NCBI GenBank assembly: GCA_045654405.1
Contig: JAZONH010000044.1
Location: 56,817-120,816 of the forward strand
Reading direction: 5' to 3'
DNA: 64,000 nt
DNA from: Acutalibacteraceae bacterium
GTDB taxonomy: Bacteria; Bacillota; Clostridia; Oscillospirales; Acutalibacteraceae
Part shown: positions 37,965 to 47,296 of the stretch, piece by piece
Numbering within the stretch: position 1 is the stretch's first letter
Layout: each line of letters begins with the position of its first letter
The notes under the pieces: generated by a model
What the model was told of the DNA's origin: nothing
Seen by the model: the letters and a program-made list of their open reading frames with translations, nothing else
The model's database searches: none
Translations under genes and position numbers: made by a program

Positions 37965-40900
37965 TTATTTGGAATCTTTCTTTTTGCGTTTTTTCAAAGC
38001 AATGAGAAGGATTACAAGTGCTGCTGCACCAAGTGTTCCGCCAACAACACCCCAGAATACGGGCTGGTCGTTCCAGAAGCGAACGAAGAAGTTGGTTGAT
38101 ACAAGTACGCTTCCTGTGAAGCTGTCGGGAATGTTGTCTTTTGCTTCATCAGTTTTGCTTGTATCAAGAACTCTGCCTGAAAGGTCGGTAACCTTGATAA
38201 CAACTTTTTGCTGATTCTTGCTTTCTGCAAGTTCTATTTTACCAACAAAGTTATTGATATCATCACCTAAGGCTTCGCCCTCGTATGTTTTGCTATTGCC
38301 ATCAATAATAACTTCTACCTTTGCAATACCAATTGCATCGTAAACGGTGAATTCAACCTCTGTACCCTCGGCATTGATTTCAGTATACTTATTGTCTTTA
38401 TTTTTAGCTTCATCATTAAATGAAATATTTGTGATTGAAGGTAATGTCTTATCAACCTTGAACCACAGAACATCCTTAACCTGAGCAAATTTTTTATTAA
38501 ACGTGTTCTTATCCTCTTTATTCTGAGAATCATTGTTCACTTCGTCAGTTGAGGAAACAGTGATTTTATAAAGACCTTCAGCATTGAAGTTTTCGGCATT
38601 GATGGTATGAGCATATTCGTACCAACCTGTATTTTTACCAGGTGCGTTTGATGAAACAACATCATCGACAGGTCTACCGTCTCTTGAAATTTCAACCTTC
38701 AATGAACCGTCCTTAAGCTTGTTTGCATTGTACTCTGTAATAACAAGGTCGTCATTTACATCCTGAACATAACGATCATTAATAAGGTCAATAAGTGCAT
38801 CGCTGTAAACGTAAACAGAACCGAAACGGTTTACAACGAAGGTTCTTGAGGTTGTACTGCTATGATCAACCATATCGGTCATTTTTACAGTTAAGGTGTA
38901 AACGCCATCGTTATCACGAATCTTTTCAAATGTATTAAAGGTTCCCGAGCCGCCGTTTGCATTAATTACAACGCGGTTTCCGATGAACTTATCCTTTACA
39001 TCAACATCCTTTTCGTCAAAGCGTGTTCTTGTAAGAGTAATCTGATAGCTCTTATAGTTATCATCCTCAAATTTAACTCCGGGAATAACCTCGTCATCAA
39101 AGCCTAAGCCACCATTCGAGTTGCCCTGGAATGTAATAACAGGAGCATTGATCTTGGTATCGATAGTAAGCTGATTTGATTTGTAATCAGCCATATTGTT
39201 AGTTGCCTTATCTGCATATTTTGCGGTAAGAATGTAGTCGCCATCAGCGGTGAGTGTGAATGTTGCCACATGAGTGTTTACACTCTTATGAGTCCATTCA
39301 AGCTCAATTCTCTTATTCTTTGCACCGTCTTTTGAATATGCAACGTAGAAATCCTCGGGATTGTCAAAGTTTGCTTCGGTTACTGTGATTGTACCGGTAA
39401 TTTCGCCATTGTAGTAAGAAATACCGTTTGCAGTTGCATAAGGCTTGCTGTACTCAATTTTTGCCTTGGGTGAAATGTTATCCACAATAACACCTGTAAC
39501 GCTCTTTGTTTCAGCGTTATCTGCAGAGCTGTTTCCTGCTCTGTCTTTTGCAACAAAGTCAACTGCACCATGCATATTTTTCTTATCAGTCTTCAAAACA
39601 GTAACGGGCAACTTAAATGTTGTTGTTGCTGTTTTTCCGTCATCAGAAATTTTAATCTTATCAGCATTTACAGTCTGAACTTCAGCATCCTTATTTACTG
39701 TGCTTGTTCCTTCTGTCTTCTCATATGTAGCAGTAACGATATCAGCAAATGAAATATCATCCTCAACAGTAACCTCTATCTCAGCCTTCGCATTTTTATC
39801 CTTTGCGCCGCCAAAATAGCCGAATGTAATATTGTTAAGGATTGTTGTTGCTACATTGTTTATCTGCTTAACAGAAAGCACGGGGGCTGTTTTATCAACT
39901 GTAAAGTAATCGGGTGCGTAATCAGCTGCATCATTTTCAGCAAGGTCTGTGTAATCAATGTCAAATGTGTAGTTTGCACTGCCGGGATAGGTGATTGTCA
40001 TTGTATGAACATCACCGTCAGATGACCATTCTGATTCAGTACGAGTCTGATCTACATCTTCACCCGAAACATCCTGCTCGAGAATAGGAAGCTGAACCTC
40101 ATCAGCATTGAAGTTGTGCTCTGTGATTGTAATTGTAGCAACCTGTGTATCATCAAAATACTTTCTGTCTGCCTCAACGTGAGGATCGGGAAGAATATTC
40201 TTTACATCTGTATTTGCATATGCAACGTTAATCACGGGAGCTGTTGTATCGATAACGATTACTTCTGATTCATACGCTACAGCTTCGTTTGTTGACTTAT
40301 CTGTGTATGTAACCTTTACAACATAATCGCCGTCTGCAGAGTGATCTTCAGTAGCGGGAAGCTGGAATTCACCCTTAAATGTATCGGCAATAACTGTACC
40401 GTCGGCTTCTGTTGCCTGAGTCCATGTAATAGCGGGTGCTTCGATTTCAACGTTATCCTTTGTAACAACAAGCTTAACGTCTTCTTCATAGAAGTTAGCT
40501 TCTGTTGCTGTGATTGTACCTATAACAGTATCGTTATAGTAATGCTTGTTATTTACCTCGCGGTGTTCAGCATTGTATGAAACGCTTACCTCGGGAGCAA
40601 TGTTATCTACAACAGTAACTGTACCATCGTCTGTTACTGTTTCGGATTTGATACCATGATTATCAACAGCGTATGCGGTTAAGCTACCACGAAGCTGATC
40701 GAACTCAGCCATTGTCATGCTCTTGGGTAAAACAACTGTAGCTTCAAAGATATGCTTGTTGTTTTTATCCTGTACGGGTTTTACGTTGTCGATAATGATT
40801 TGTTCTTTATTTTTCTCGCTTGCGCCGTCTTCACGATTATACTCAAGAACGAATTTCTGCATTCCTGATGTGGCATCGGTTGAAGCAATAGTGATTTTTG

Positions 40901-43900
40901 TAGGAGCCTTAAAGAATTTGTATAAGATTTCCTTTACTTCGTCCTCAGCTAAGCCCAATGTTGCAACCTTTGCGATTACCTCAGCCACGGGAGTTTCGTA
41001 ACCGATTTTGGGTGCTGTAGGAGCCACTGTATCAATAACGAAGGTGTCGCTATTAACTGTAATAACATTAGCAGCAAGATCTGTATAAACAAACTCAATA
41101 TTATATACTGCATCGGGAAGCACGCCCGCTACATCATATGTAAGCACGCATTCATATTTGTTTGCGTCTGCCGGGGCCTTGGTCCAGTTATCAGGATTTT
41201 GAATATACGCATTTAACTTGTCTACAGTAACGTCCTTGCCATTGATATCCTTTGCATCAACGTTTACAACGAAGCCTGCAGCATCAAAGTTAACCTCAGT
41301 AACGGTTAATTTAACCATATAGTCTTCGCAAATACTGTTTGCATTGTTATGCTCAGCTTCCTCGTAAGTGAAAACGATTTCTGCATCTGTTACGTCGATG
41401 ACCATCTGGTCAGAAACAAATACGTCAATCTCTTTATCGTCAACCTTCATAACGTTTGTTGACTTATCCTTGTAAGAAGCCTCTACGGTATAAACACCTT
41501 CATTTTCAACTGTCGAGGGAACAGTTACGGTGAATACGTCAAACTCGCCTTCTCTTGCATAGTCGATTTGTACATCCGCAACCTCTGCGCCGTCCTTAAG
41601 AACACGGATATCACCGTTTTCTTTAAAGCCGTTGGTTTCTTTAACCTTTACTTTATATACAAGAGGTGCACTTTCGTTGAAATAATAAGTTTTTACAGAT
41701 GTTTCTTCATCTGTAACAGCGTTAACAGTATTAATATACTCAACGCTCATTTCGGGAGATACGTAGTCAATAATAACAGTATCGTCGCCTGTTTTCTTTG
41801 TTACGTTGCCCGCACGGTCATATGCTTCAAAGGAAACCTTGCTCTTGTACTCTTCGCCTTCTGCGATGGTAATTGTAGCGGTTGCCCTTGCGGTCTTACC
41901 GTCTTCAAGGTATTCGAAGTTTTCTACAGGGATTTCTTTATCACCATATTTGCAAACGAATCTCTGAATACCTGATAATTTATCAGTTGCTTCAAGTGTA
42001 ACTGTAACTGTATCCTTGAAGAACAATGTTTTAATGATGTCGCCGATAGAATCTTTTTCGGTGGAATATTCAATCTTCATTGATGCGGCATCAGGATTAT
42101 GCCTGTCAATTTTAAGATCCTGTAATACGCCGTTAATATTAATCTTTACATCAACGGGTGCATAGATATAACCCTCTTCATCGCAAAGATATACACTACG
42201 CTTATTCTGACCGTCGTCACCGAATTTAACACTGCTTGTAAATGCACTGTCAAGAGCTGCCTTAATCTGAGCTTCGTCATCAGCGATTTCAATTTTTTCG
42301 TGAGAAATAATTGTTGTATCCTGGCCATACTTCTGAGCCTTTGCAATTGTATAACCAGCCTTGGGAGTTACCTCAACCTCAGAATTAATCCAGCCTGTGC
42401 CTGTTAAAGACATAGCTAAGGTAAAGGGAGATTCGGAAGCGTTACAATAGCGAATATTGATAACGTAATAATCGGAATCGCTAATCGCAATCTTACCCTC
42501 GTTCTTTGTAGCAACTACCTTAATCTTAAGAAGGCCATTTGCTCTGTTAAGGTAAGCAATAAAGCTGTCAATATTGCTGATATAAACCTTACCTGTTGTA
42601 GCGTCGCAAGCAATACCACCGAAGGGCTTGTCGGATTCTACTGCAAAAATCTTGTAGGTAATATTTGAATCGTCGGAAGCCTTAATTGTTGTTGTAGCAG
42701 CAATATCGGATATTACATTGCTGTTTTTATTAACAAAATAATCGATTTCATCAGTTTCACCAAAGTCAACAAATGCTACACGATCGCCATTTGTATCCTT
42801 GGGAACAACTCTTACGTTAAGCTCGTGTGAAATTTCTTTTTCTGCATAGTTTGATGTTGCCGCAATTGTGGCAGTAACCTTGAATGTGCCGGGCTCTGTA
42901 ACAACAAGAAGACCCTTTGAGTCAATTGTTGCCTTACCGTCTGCACCAACAACCTCAACCTTATAAGCTACCTTTTCAGTTTTTGCCTGCTCTTCAGCGG
43001 TTGCGGCAAAATTGTATGCCTTGTTTATGGTGATTACATCACCAACCATAGATACGATTTCTGCATTTGATTTTGATGCTGCATTAGCATTAAAGGTAGA
43101 ATTGTCAAATTTGAATTCTCTGTCACCTGCGGTAATCATTGCAGTGACGTCGTATTCTGTAGCCACATAGTTTTTGTCATCAAGCTCTACACGAACCTTA
43201 ACGGGGTATGTACCAGCATCTTTAATTACGGGTACTGCCTGAGTCCATGTAGCGCCGTCATCAACGCTATATTCCGCCTGCTTTAATGACTTGCCTTCAG
43301 CGGGCTTAACCTCTACTGCTGCGTGAGAATTTGCATCATACGCACCACTGTAGGGAGCAAGTGTAACAACACCTGCGTTTAACTGTGCGGGTGTAATTGT
43401 AGCGGTAAATGTCTTTTCGATTTCGGATAAACCTTCGAATGATGATTTACCTACAACCTTTACGGCATATTCACCAACGTCTGTCTTTTCAGGAATAGTT
43501 GTGGTCTTTTCTTCACCGATATAGAAATCAAAGCTATAGCCATAGTATTTGGTTAAACCGGTAAAGTTTGTCTCTTTAAGAAGCTCCTGGGGCTCACCTG
43601 TGAAAACACCTGTTGTTGTTTTTGCAGTGAAGGTGATGTCAATTATTTTTGCAGTAACCTCAGTTACAAAATCCGTATAACCCGCTCTTTTTACGGTAAC
43701 CATCACCTTATATGTACCGGGCTTTGAAATCTGAGGTACTGTCTTGGTTGCCTCAGAGCCATCTATCTGGTAGAAAACCTCATCACCCTCCATTGTGCCC
43801 TGAACGCCAACTGCATCAAACAGCTGTGCCTTGCCTGTTGCATTGTCAGGCTTGCACTGTGTATTGAGAGGTGTAACAACAATACCTGTAATCTCGTTTG

Positions 43901-44285
43901 CTGTCATTACCACGTCGATATTTGCGTTTGCGGAAGCAATAGCCTCGCTGATATTTTTTGTTGCGTAGCCGTCCTTTGTAACGGTTGCTTCAACAGTAAG
44001 ACCATCTGCATAGTCAGCAGATGCAAGAATTGCTACTGCACCGTTGGCGTTTGTTGTCGCAGTGCCGCTTGTAACCTCGGCATCTGCGCTATCTTTAATA
44101 GTAAACGATACTGTGGCACCGCTTACCACTTCACCGCCGTCTTTAACGGTTACGGTAATAGCTTCGGGATAGTCCGTAGTTGCTGCTGAAACAGGAATAG
44201 CAGAAACGGGAACCATACCGAATACAAGTAACATTGTAAGTATTGCTGCTAAAACTTTTTTAGTAGCATTACCCATTTTACTCAT
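37965..44285 (-). CDS. Giant (2106 aa) Ig-like-repeat cell-surface protein with a Sec signal peptide and a C-terminal TM anchor
   Basis: Signal peptide KKVLAAILTMLLVFGMVPVSAIPVSA|AT. At least 8 modules bounded by D-x-x-(A/S)P-x-x-x-(V/I)-x-Y and containing T(I/V)TE.NF and Y..D.(A/S).N motifs. C-terminal WGVVGGTLGAAALVILLIAL + KKRKKKDSK. No LPXTG. Confidence 0.8.
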   Translation of the reverse strand: MSKMGNATKKVLAAILTMLLVFGMVPVSAIPVSAATTDYPEAITVTVKDGGEVVSGATVSFTIKDSADAEVTSGTATTNANGAVAILASADYADGLTVEATVTKDGYATKNISEAIASANANIDVVMTANEITGIVVTPLNTQCKPDNATGKAQLFDAVGVQGTMEGDEVFYQIDGSEATKTVPQISKPGTYKVMVTVKRAGYTDFVTEVTAKIIDITFTAKTTTGVFTGEPQELLKETNFTGLTKYYGYSFDFYIGEEKTTTIPEKTDVGEYAVKVVGKSSFEGLSEIEKTFTATITPAQLNAGVVTLAPYSGAYDANSHAAVEVKPAEGKSLKQAEYSVDDGATWTQAVPVIKDAGTYPVKVRVELDDKNYVATEYDVTAMITAGDREFKFDNSTFNANAASKSNAEIVSMVGDVITINKAYNFAATAEEQAKTEKVAYKVEVVGADGKATIDSKGLLVVTEPGTFKVTATIAATSNYAEKEISHELNVRVVPKDTNGDRVAFVDFGETDEIDYFVNKNSNVISDIAATTTIKASDDSNITYKIFAVESDKPFGGIACDATTGKVYISNIDSFIAYLNRANGLLKIKVVATKNEGKIAISDSDYYVINIRYCNASESPFTLAMSLTGTGWINSEVEVTPKAGYTIAKAQKYGQDTTIISHEKIEIADDEAQIKAALDSAFTSSVKFGDDGQNKRSVYLCDEEGYIYAPVDVKININGVLQDLKIDRHNPDAASMKIEYSTEKDSIGDIIKTLFFKDTVTVTLEATDKLSGIQRFVCKYGDKEIPVENFEYLEDGKTARATATITIAEGEEYKSKVSFEAYDRAGNVTKKTGDDTVIIDYVSPEMSVEYINTVNAVTDEETSVKTYYFNESAPLVYKVKVKETNGFKENGDIRVLKDGAEVADVQIDYAREGEFDVFTVTVPSTVENEGVYTVEASYKDKSTNVMKVDDKEIDVFVSDQMVIDVTDAEIVFTYEEAEHNNANSICEDYMVKLTVTEVNFDAAGFVVNVDAKDINGKDVTVDKLNAYIQNPDNWTKAPADANKYECVLTYDVAGVLPDAVYNIEFVYTDLAANVITVNSDTFVIDTVAPTAPKIGYETPVAEVIAKVATLGLAEDEVKEILYKFFKAPTKITIASTDATSGMQKFVLEYNREDGASEKNKEQIIIDNVKPVQDKNNKHIFEATVVLPKSMTMAEFDQLRGSLTAYAVDNHGIKSETVTDDGTVTVVDNIAPEVSVSYNAEHREVNNKHYYNDTVIGTITATEANFYEEDVKLVVTKDNVEIEAPAITWTQATEADGTVIADTFKGEFQLPATEDHSADGDYVVKVTYTDKSTNEAVAYESEVIVIDTTAPVINVAYANTDVKNILPDPHVEADRKYFDDTQVATITITEHNFNADEVQLPILEQDVSGEDVDQTRTESEWSSDGDVHTMTITYPGSANYTFDIDYTDLAENDAADYAPDYFTVDKTAPVLSVKQINNVATTILNNITFGYFGGAKDKNAKAEIEVTVEDDISFADIVTATYEKTEGTSTVNKDAEVQTVNADKIKISDDGKTATTTFKLPVTVLKTDKKNMHGAVDFVAKDRAGNSSADNAETKSVTGVIVDNISPKAKIEYSKPYATANGISYYNGEITGTITVTEANFDNPEDFYVAYSKDGAKNKRIELEWTHKSVNTHVATFTLTADGDYILTAKYADKATNNMADYKSNQLTIDTKINAPVITFQGNSNGGLGFDDEVIPGVKFEDDNYKSYQITLTRTRFDEKDVDVKDKFIGNRVVINANGGSGTFNTFEKIRDNDGVYTLTVKMTDMVDHSSTTSRTFVVNRFGSVYVYSDALIDLINDRYVQDVNDDLVITEYNANKLKDGSLKVEISRDGRPVDDVVSSNAPGKNTGWYEYAHTINAENFNAEGLYKITVSSTDEVNNDSQNKEDKNTFNKKFAQVKDVLWFKVDKTLPSITNISFNDEAKNKDNKYTEINAEGTEVEFTVYDAIGIAKVEVIIDGNSKTYEGEALGDDINNFVGKIELAESKNQQKVVIKVTDLSGRVLDTSKTDEAKDNIPDSFTGSVLVSTNFFVRFWNDQPVFWGVVGGTLGAAALVILLIALKKRKKKDSK

Positions 44286-44300
44286 GTTTTTCTCCCCTTT

Positions 44301-44762
44301 TTATTTTTTTCTTTTTATTTCATTATAAATGTTTCCGTTTAATACGCCATGAAGACCCAAAGAAACAATCATTAAAAATAACAAAACGTAAATCACATAA
44401 GTATTATTATACTTTGTGAACATAAGCGCAATAAATGATATTACACTTGCCAAAAACACACCGTCGGCAATTGAGGCATACATATTTTTAAAAAACCTCA
44501 ACACACCGGGTATTTTTCTCTTAGGGATCTCATCCCCATGCTCCTGCTCGTGCCATTTTTTGTATTTCCATATCATTAACACAAAAAACACCAAGCTGAA
44601 TAAAAATCCTGCCCAAAAAACCGAGCCCACTATAATTACGGATATGTTGCTCTGAGCCTGCACCGAAAAAGGCATTGCCAGAAACGATGCACCTAAAAGC
44701 ACTGTAAAAAACAGGTACAAGCTCATTAACCGCCTGATTGTGGATTTTTTAATCCGCTTCAT
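44301..44762 (-). CDS. Small 4-TM membrane protein, unknown function
   Basis: 153 aa with four hydrophobic segments. Its start overlaps the upstream stop by 4 nt. Confidence 0.65.
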   Translation of the reverse strand: MKRIKKSTIRRLMSLYLFFTVLLGASFLAMPFSVQAQSNISVIIVGSVFWAGFLFSLVFFVLMIWKYKKWHEQEHGDEIPKRKIPGVLRFFKNMYASIADGVFLASVISFIALMFTKYNNTYVIYVLLFLMIVSLGLHGVLNGNIYNEIKRKK

Positions 44763-45547
44763 TCAATCACCTCGGCAGTATGAATCAGCATAACGTCATC
44801 AAGCGCCGACATTTCCTTCATAGGCACGAAGCTGGGCTTTTCTGTTGATTCATCGGTGAGAAGTGCGGTTTCATTAAGCGCCGCAGTCTCATCCCACGAA
44901 TCGTTATTATCCTGTACGTATAATGGTGCTGTCTCATCAAGAGGTGCGGTTTCGTCGCTCGACATAGCAGGCCTTGACTGCACGGGAACGTTGAGAGGTG
45001 CAGTTTCATTCAAGGGTGCGGTTTCGTCGCTACCGGCAAAATCCCTTGCGCTTACAGGAACGTTAAGAGGAGCCGTCTCGTTAAGGGGTGCAGTTTCCTC
45101 ACTACCTGTAAAGTCCCTTGAAAATACGGGAACGTTAAGGGGTGCAGTTTCATTGAGGGGTGCGGTTTCCTCCGACCCTATGCCTGCGCTGCGATTGTCC
45201 GCCGCAACGGGCATTGCAACCGGCTGAGGTGCTCTTTTGGCTGCTTTCTTTGCCTCTTTAGGCTCCTTTACAGCCTGCTTAGGTGCAGGTTTAGCTACAC
45301 TCTGCTCCATTGTTGCCGTAAGCTTACCGCGATTCTGGTTAACCTGGCTTGACTTATGTTCCTTTTTACCCGACTTTTCATTAAATTCACGCATCTGAGC
45401 AATGGATTTACGAGCAGTTTTACCGGATAAATCACCTATTACACTAGGGATTTTGAATTTTATAAATAGTATTACTGCTAAAAGGAGTGCAATCCCCGCA
45501 AAAACGAAGGAGATAATTGAAATTATTGATAGTACTTCTGCTGCCAT
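44759..45547 (-). CDS. N-terminally membrane-anchored protein with a tandem ETAPL-repeat tail
   Basis: 262 aa. TM VLSIISIISFVFAGIALLLAVILFI followed by KFK, which suggests a cytoplasmic C-terminus. A Lys/Pro-rich linker. Ten ETA(P/A/L)L motifs. Confidence 0.7.
   Translation of the reverse strand: MAAEVLSIISIISFVFAGIALLLAVILFIKFKIPSVIGDLSGKTARKSIAQMREFNEKSGKKEHKSSQVNQNRGKLTATMEQSVAKPAPKQAVKEPKEAKKAAKRAPQPVAMPVAADNRSAGIGSEETAPLNETAPLNVPVFSRDFTGSEETAPLNETAPLNVPVSARDFAGSDETAPLNETAPLNVPVQSRPAMSSDETAPLDETAPLYVQDNNDSWDETAALNETALLTDESTEKPSFVPMKEMSALDDVMLIHTAEVIE
44852..45175 (-). repeat. 72-nt (24-aa) in-frame tandem repeat, about 4.5 copies
   Basis: SEETAPLNETAPLNVPVFSRDFTG / SEETAPLNETAPLNVPVSARDFAG / SDETAPLNETAPLNVPVQSRPAMS / SDETAPLDETAPLYVQDNNDSW / DETAALNETALLTDE. 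Confidence 0.85.
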
Positions 45548-45550
45548 AAT

Positions 45551-47284
45551 TTATTTCTCCTCCTTGAATTTATATTCGTTTTCTATCTTAACTTTATAGT
45601 TTTGGTGTTCACTGATGATTTTTTGTTTCATCTCTTTAGTGTACTTGTTGGAACCGCCATCCTTAACATCATTAGCCATTTCGTATACCCTGTCTAATAA
45701 GTCTATGAGTGTTCCTTTTTCAACATCAACACCGCTAAATTTTTCCTTGCAACTATTAAGCAGGCAAAATACTGCATAATAATAGCTAACTCTTTCGTAG
45801 TTACCTATTGTTGTATCATCTTCTATAGAATCAAGAGCTTTGTTTATGCCAACAAATAGCTTTTCACACTCATCCGTTGTAAGGTCGTACTTTGTATCCT
45901 CCGGTATGTAATGCTTCTGGAATTCACAAATTTCATACAAACTGTTTTCGTAGTATGACGGGGTATAGTTTTCGATTCCTTTGTTACGGTCAAGATATAT
46001 TATAGCTTTGTTGCATCGCTCTATAACACCATCATTTAACTGACCATCTTCATTTATGGAAACATAATCGAAATAACAAAGTATTGCCATTCGGAAATTG
46101 ATATCTGCGTAAACATCAGGCTTAGCTTTTTGAAGTTCAGCGCTATGGTTTTTCATTATATTACCATCTTCGTCTTTATTTCCGCCGTGGTAAATTCCTT
46201 CAAATTTAGCAAGGTCAACAGAGGTAAAGCCTTTTCCTTCGGAAACCTTGTCTTCATAATATTCTACTAATTTGAGATAAGCCTCTTCACGCTCAGGATA
46301 TAAAATAACCGCCTTTTGATACAAATCCAAATCCCCTGTACGATTAACATAAGCATCGTAGTTGTTTTCGTTGATTGCCTTTGCAGCCAATGCAGTACCA
46401 AGACCCGAAAAAGCCATAATTACGCTGAGTACGAACGGCACAACCGTAGCTATAACCTTACGCTTCTGCTTCTTCTTGTATCCTGATGTAATAAGGTCGG
46501 GATGCTCAAGGTCATAAATAAGGTCTGCGCAGCTCTGATATCTGTTTTCCTCGGCGGGCTGCACGCACTTGTCAATAATAAGCTCAATACCTTCTGAAAG
46601 GTTGGGGTTAATCTGTCTTACGGGGATATAACCATCACCCATTCTGGGGTCAACACCTGTAAGAAGGTTGTGCATTGTCATACCCAATGAGTAAATATCC
46701 GACCTGGGTGTTGTCTGGCCGTTGTATGCCTCGGGAGGAGCGAAGCCACGTGTACCAAGAACCTTTGTATCTGAAAGATTCTGCTCCTTATACTCACGTG
46801 CAATACCGAAGTCGATAATCTTAATGTTACCCTCGGGCTTAAGCATAATGTTAGCCGGCTTCATATCGCGGTAAACGATGGGACGGGGCTTCTGTGAATG
46901 GAGGTAGCTGAGCGCGTCACAAACCTGCTTAGCCCAGTCAATAACCTTTTCTTCGTCCTGAACGCCGAACTCTTTTAAGATTTTATCTAAAGATTCGCCT
47001 TCGATATAGTCCATAACAACGTAGATTGTAATACCGTTGTCAATGATATCAACTATACGGGGCAATGCGGGGTGGTCAAGGCGCTTCATAAGGTTGGCCT
47101 CAGCAAGCAAGCTGTTTACAACAATTTCATCGTTAGCGCCTGTTCCCTTTTTTCTGATTTCCTTAACAGCCCACTGCTTGTTAAGACGACGGTCCATCGC
47201 AAGGTAAACCGTGGACATACCGCCGCGTCCTATTTCTTTAAGTACTTCGTACTTACCATCAATTATTGTTCCTATCTCTGTCAT
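45551..47284 (-). CDS. Transmembrane Hanks-type Ser/Thr protein kinase
   Basis: 577 aa. GRGGMSTVY, WAVKEI, YRDMKPANIML, DFGIAREY, GTRGFAPPEAY. One TM (VIATVVPFVLSVIMAFSGLGTALAA). A ~270-aa helical extracytoplasmic domain. Confidence 0.85.
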   Translation of the reverse strand: MTEIGTIIDGKYEVLKEIGRGGMSTVYLAMDRRLNKQWAVKEIRKKGTGANDEIVVNSLLAEANLMKRLDHPALPRIVDIIDNGITIYVVMDYIEGESLDKILKEFGVQDEEKVIDWAKQVCDALSYLHSQKPRPIVYRDMKPANIMLKPEGNIKIIDFGIAREYKEQNLSDTKVLGTRGFAPPEAYNGQTTPRSDIYSLGMTMHNLLTGVDPRMGDGYIPVRQINPNLSEGIELIIDKCVQPAEENRYQSCADLIYDLEHPDLITSGYKKKQKRKVIATVVPFVLSVIMAFSGLGTALAAKAINENNYDAYVNRTGDLDLYQKAVILYPEREEAYLKLVEYYEDKVSEGKGFTSVDLAKFEGIYHGGNKDEDGNIMKNHSAELQKAKPDVYADINFRMAILCYFDYVSINEDGQLNDGVIERCNKAIIYLDRNKGIENYTPSYYENSLYEICEFQKHYIPEDTKYDLTTDECEKLFVGINKALDSIEDDTTIGNYERVSYYYAVFCLLNSCKEKFSGVDVEKGTLIDLLDRVYEMANDVKDGGSNKYTKEMKQKIISEHQNYKVKIENEYKFKEEK

Positions 47285-47296
47285 TTACCCCTCACC

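Noticed and set aside
37965-44285. Sortase (LPXTG) anchoring, or a T7 (WXG/LXG/YxxxD) export signal, on the giant protein
   Set aside because: The C-terminus is a hydrophobic helix plus a Lys-rich tail with no LPXTG-like pentapeptide. The N-terminus is a classical Sec signal peptide. No WXG or LXG motif was seen near the N-terminus.
45551-47284. Treating YRD/FRD instead of HRD in the two kinases as evidence of inactivity
   Set aside because: Tyr at this position is normal in active kinases (PKA has YRDLKPEN). All other catalytic residues are present, so no pseudokinase claim is justified for these two.
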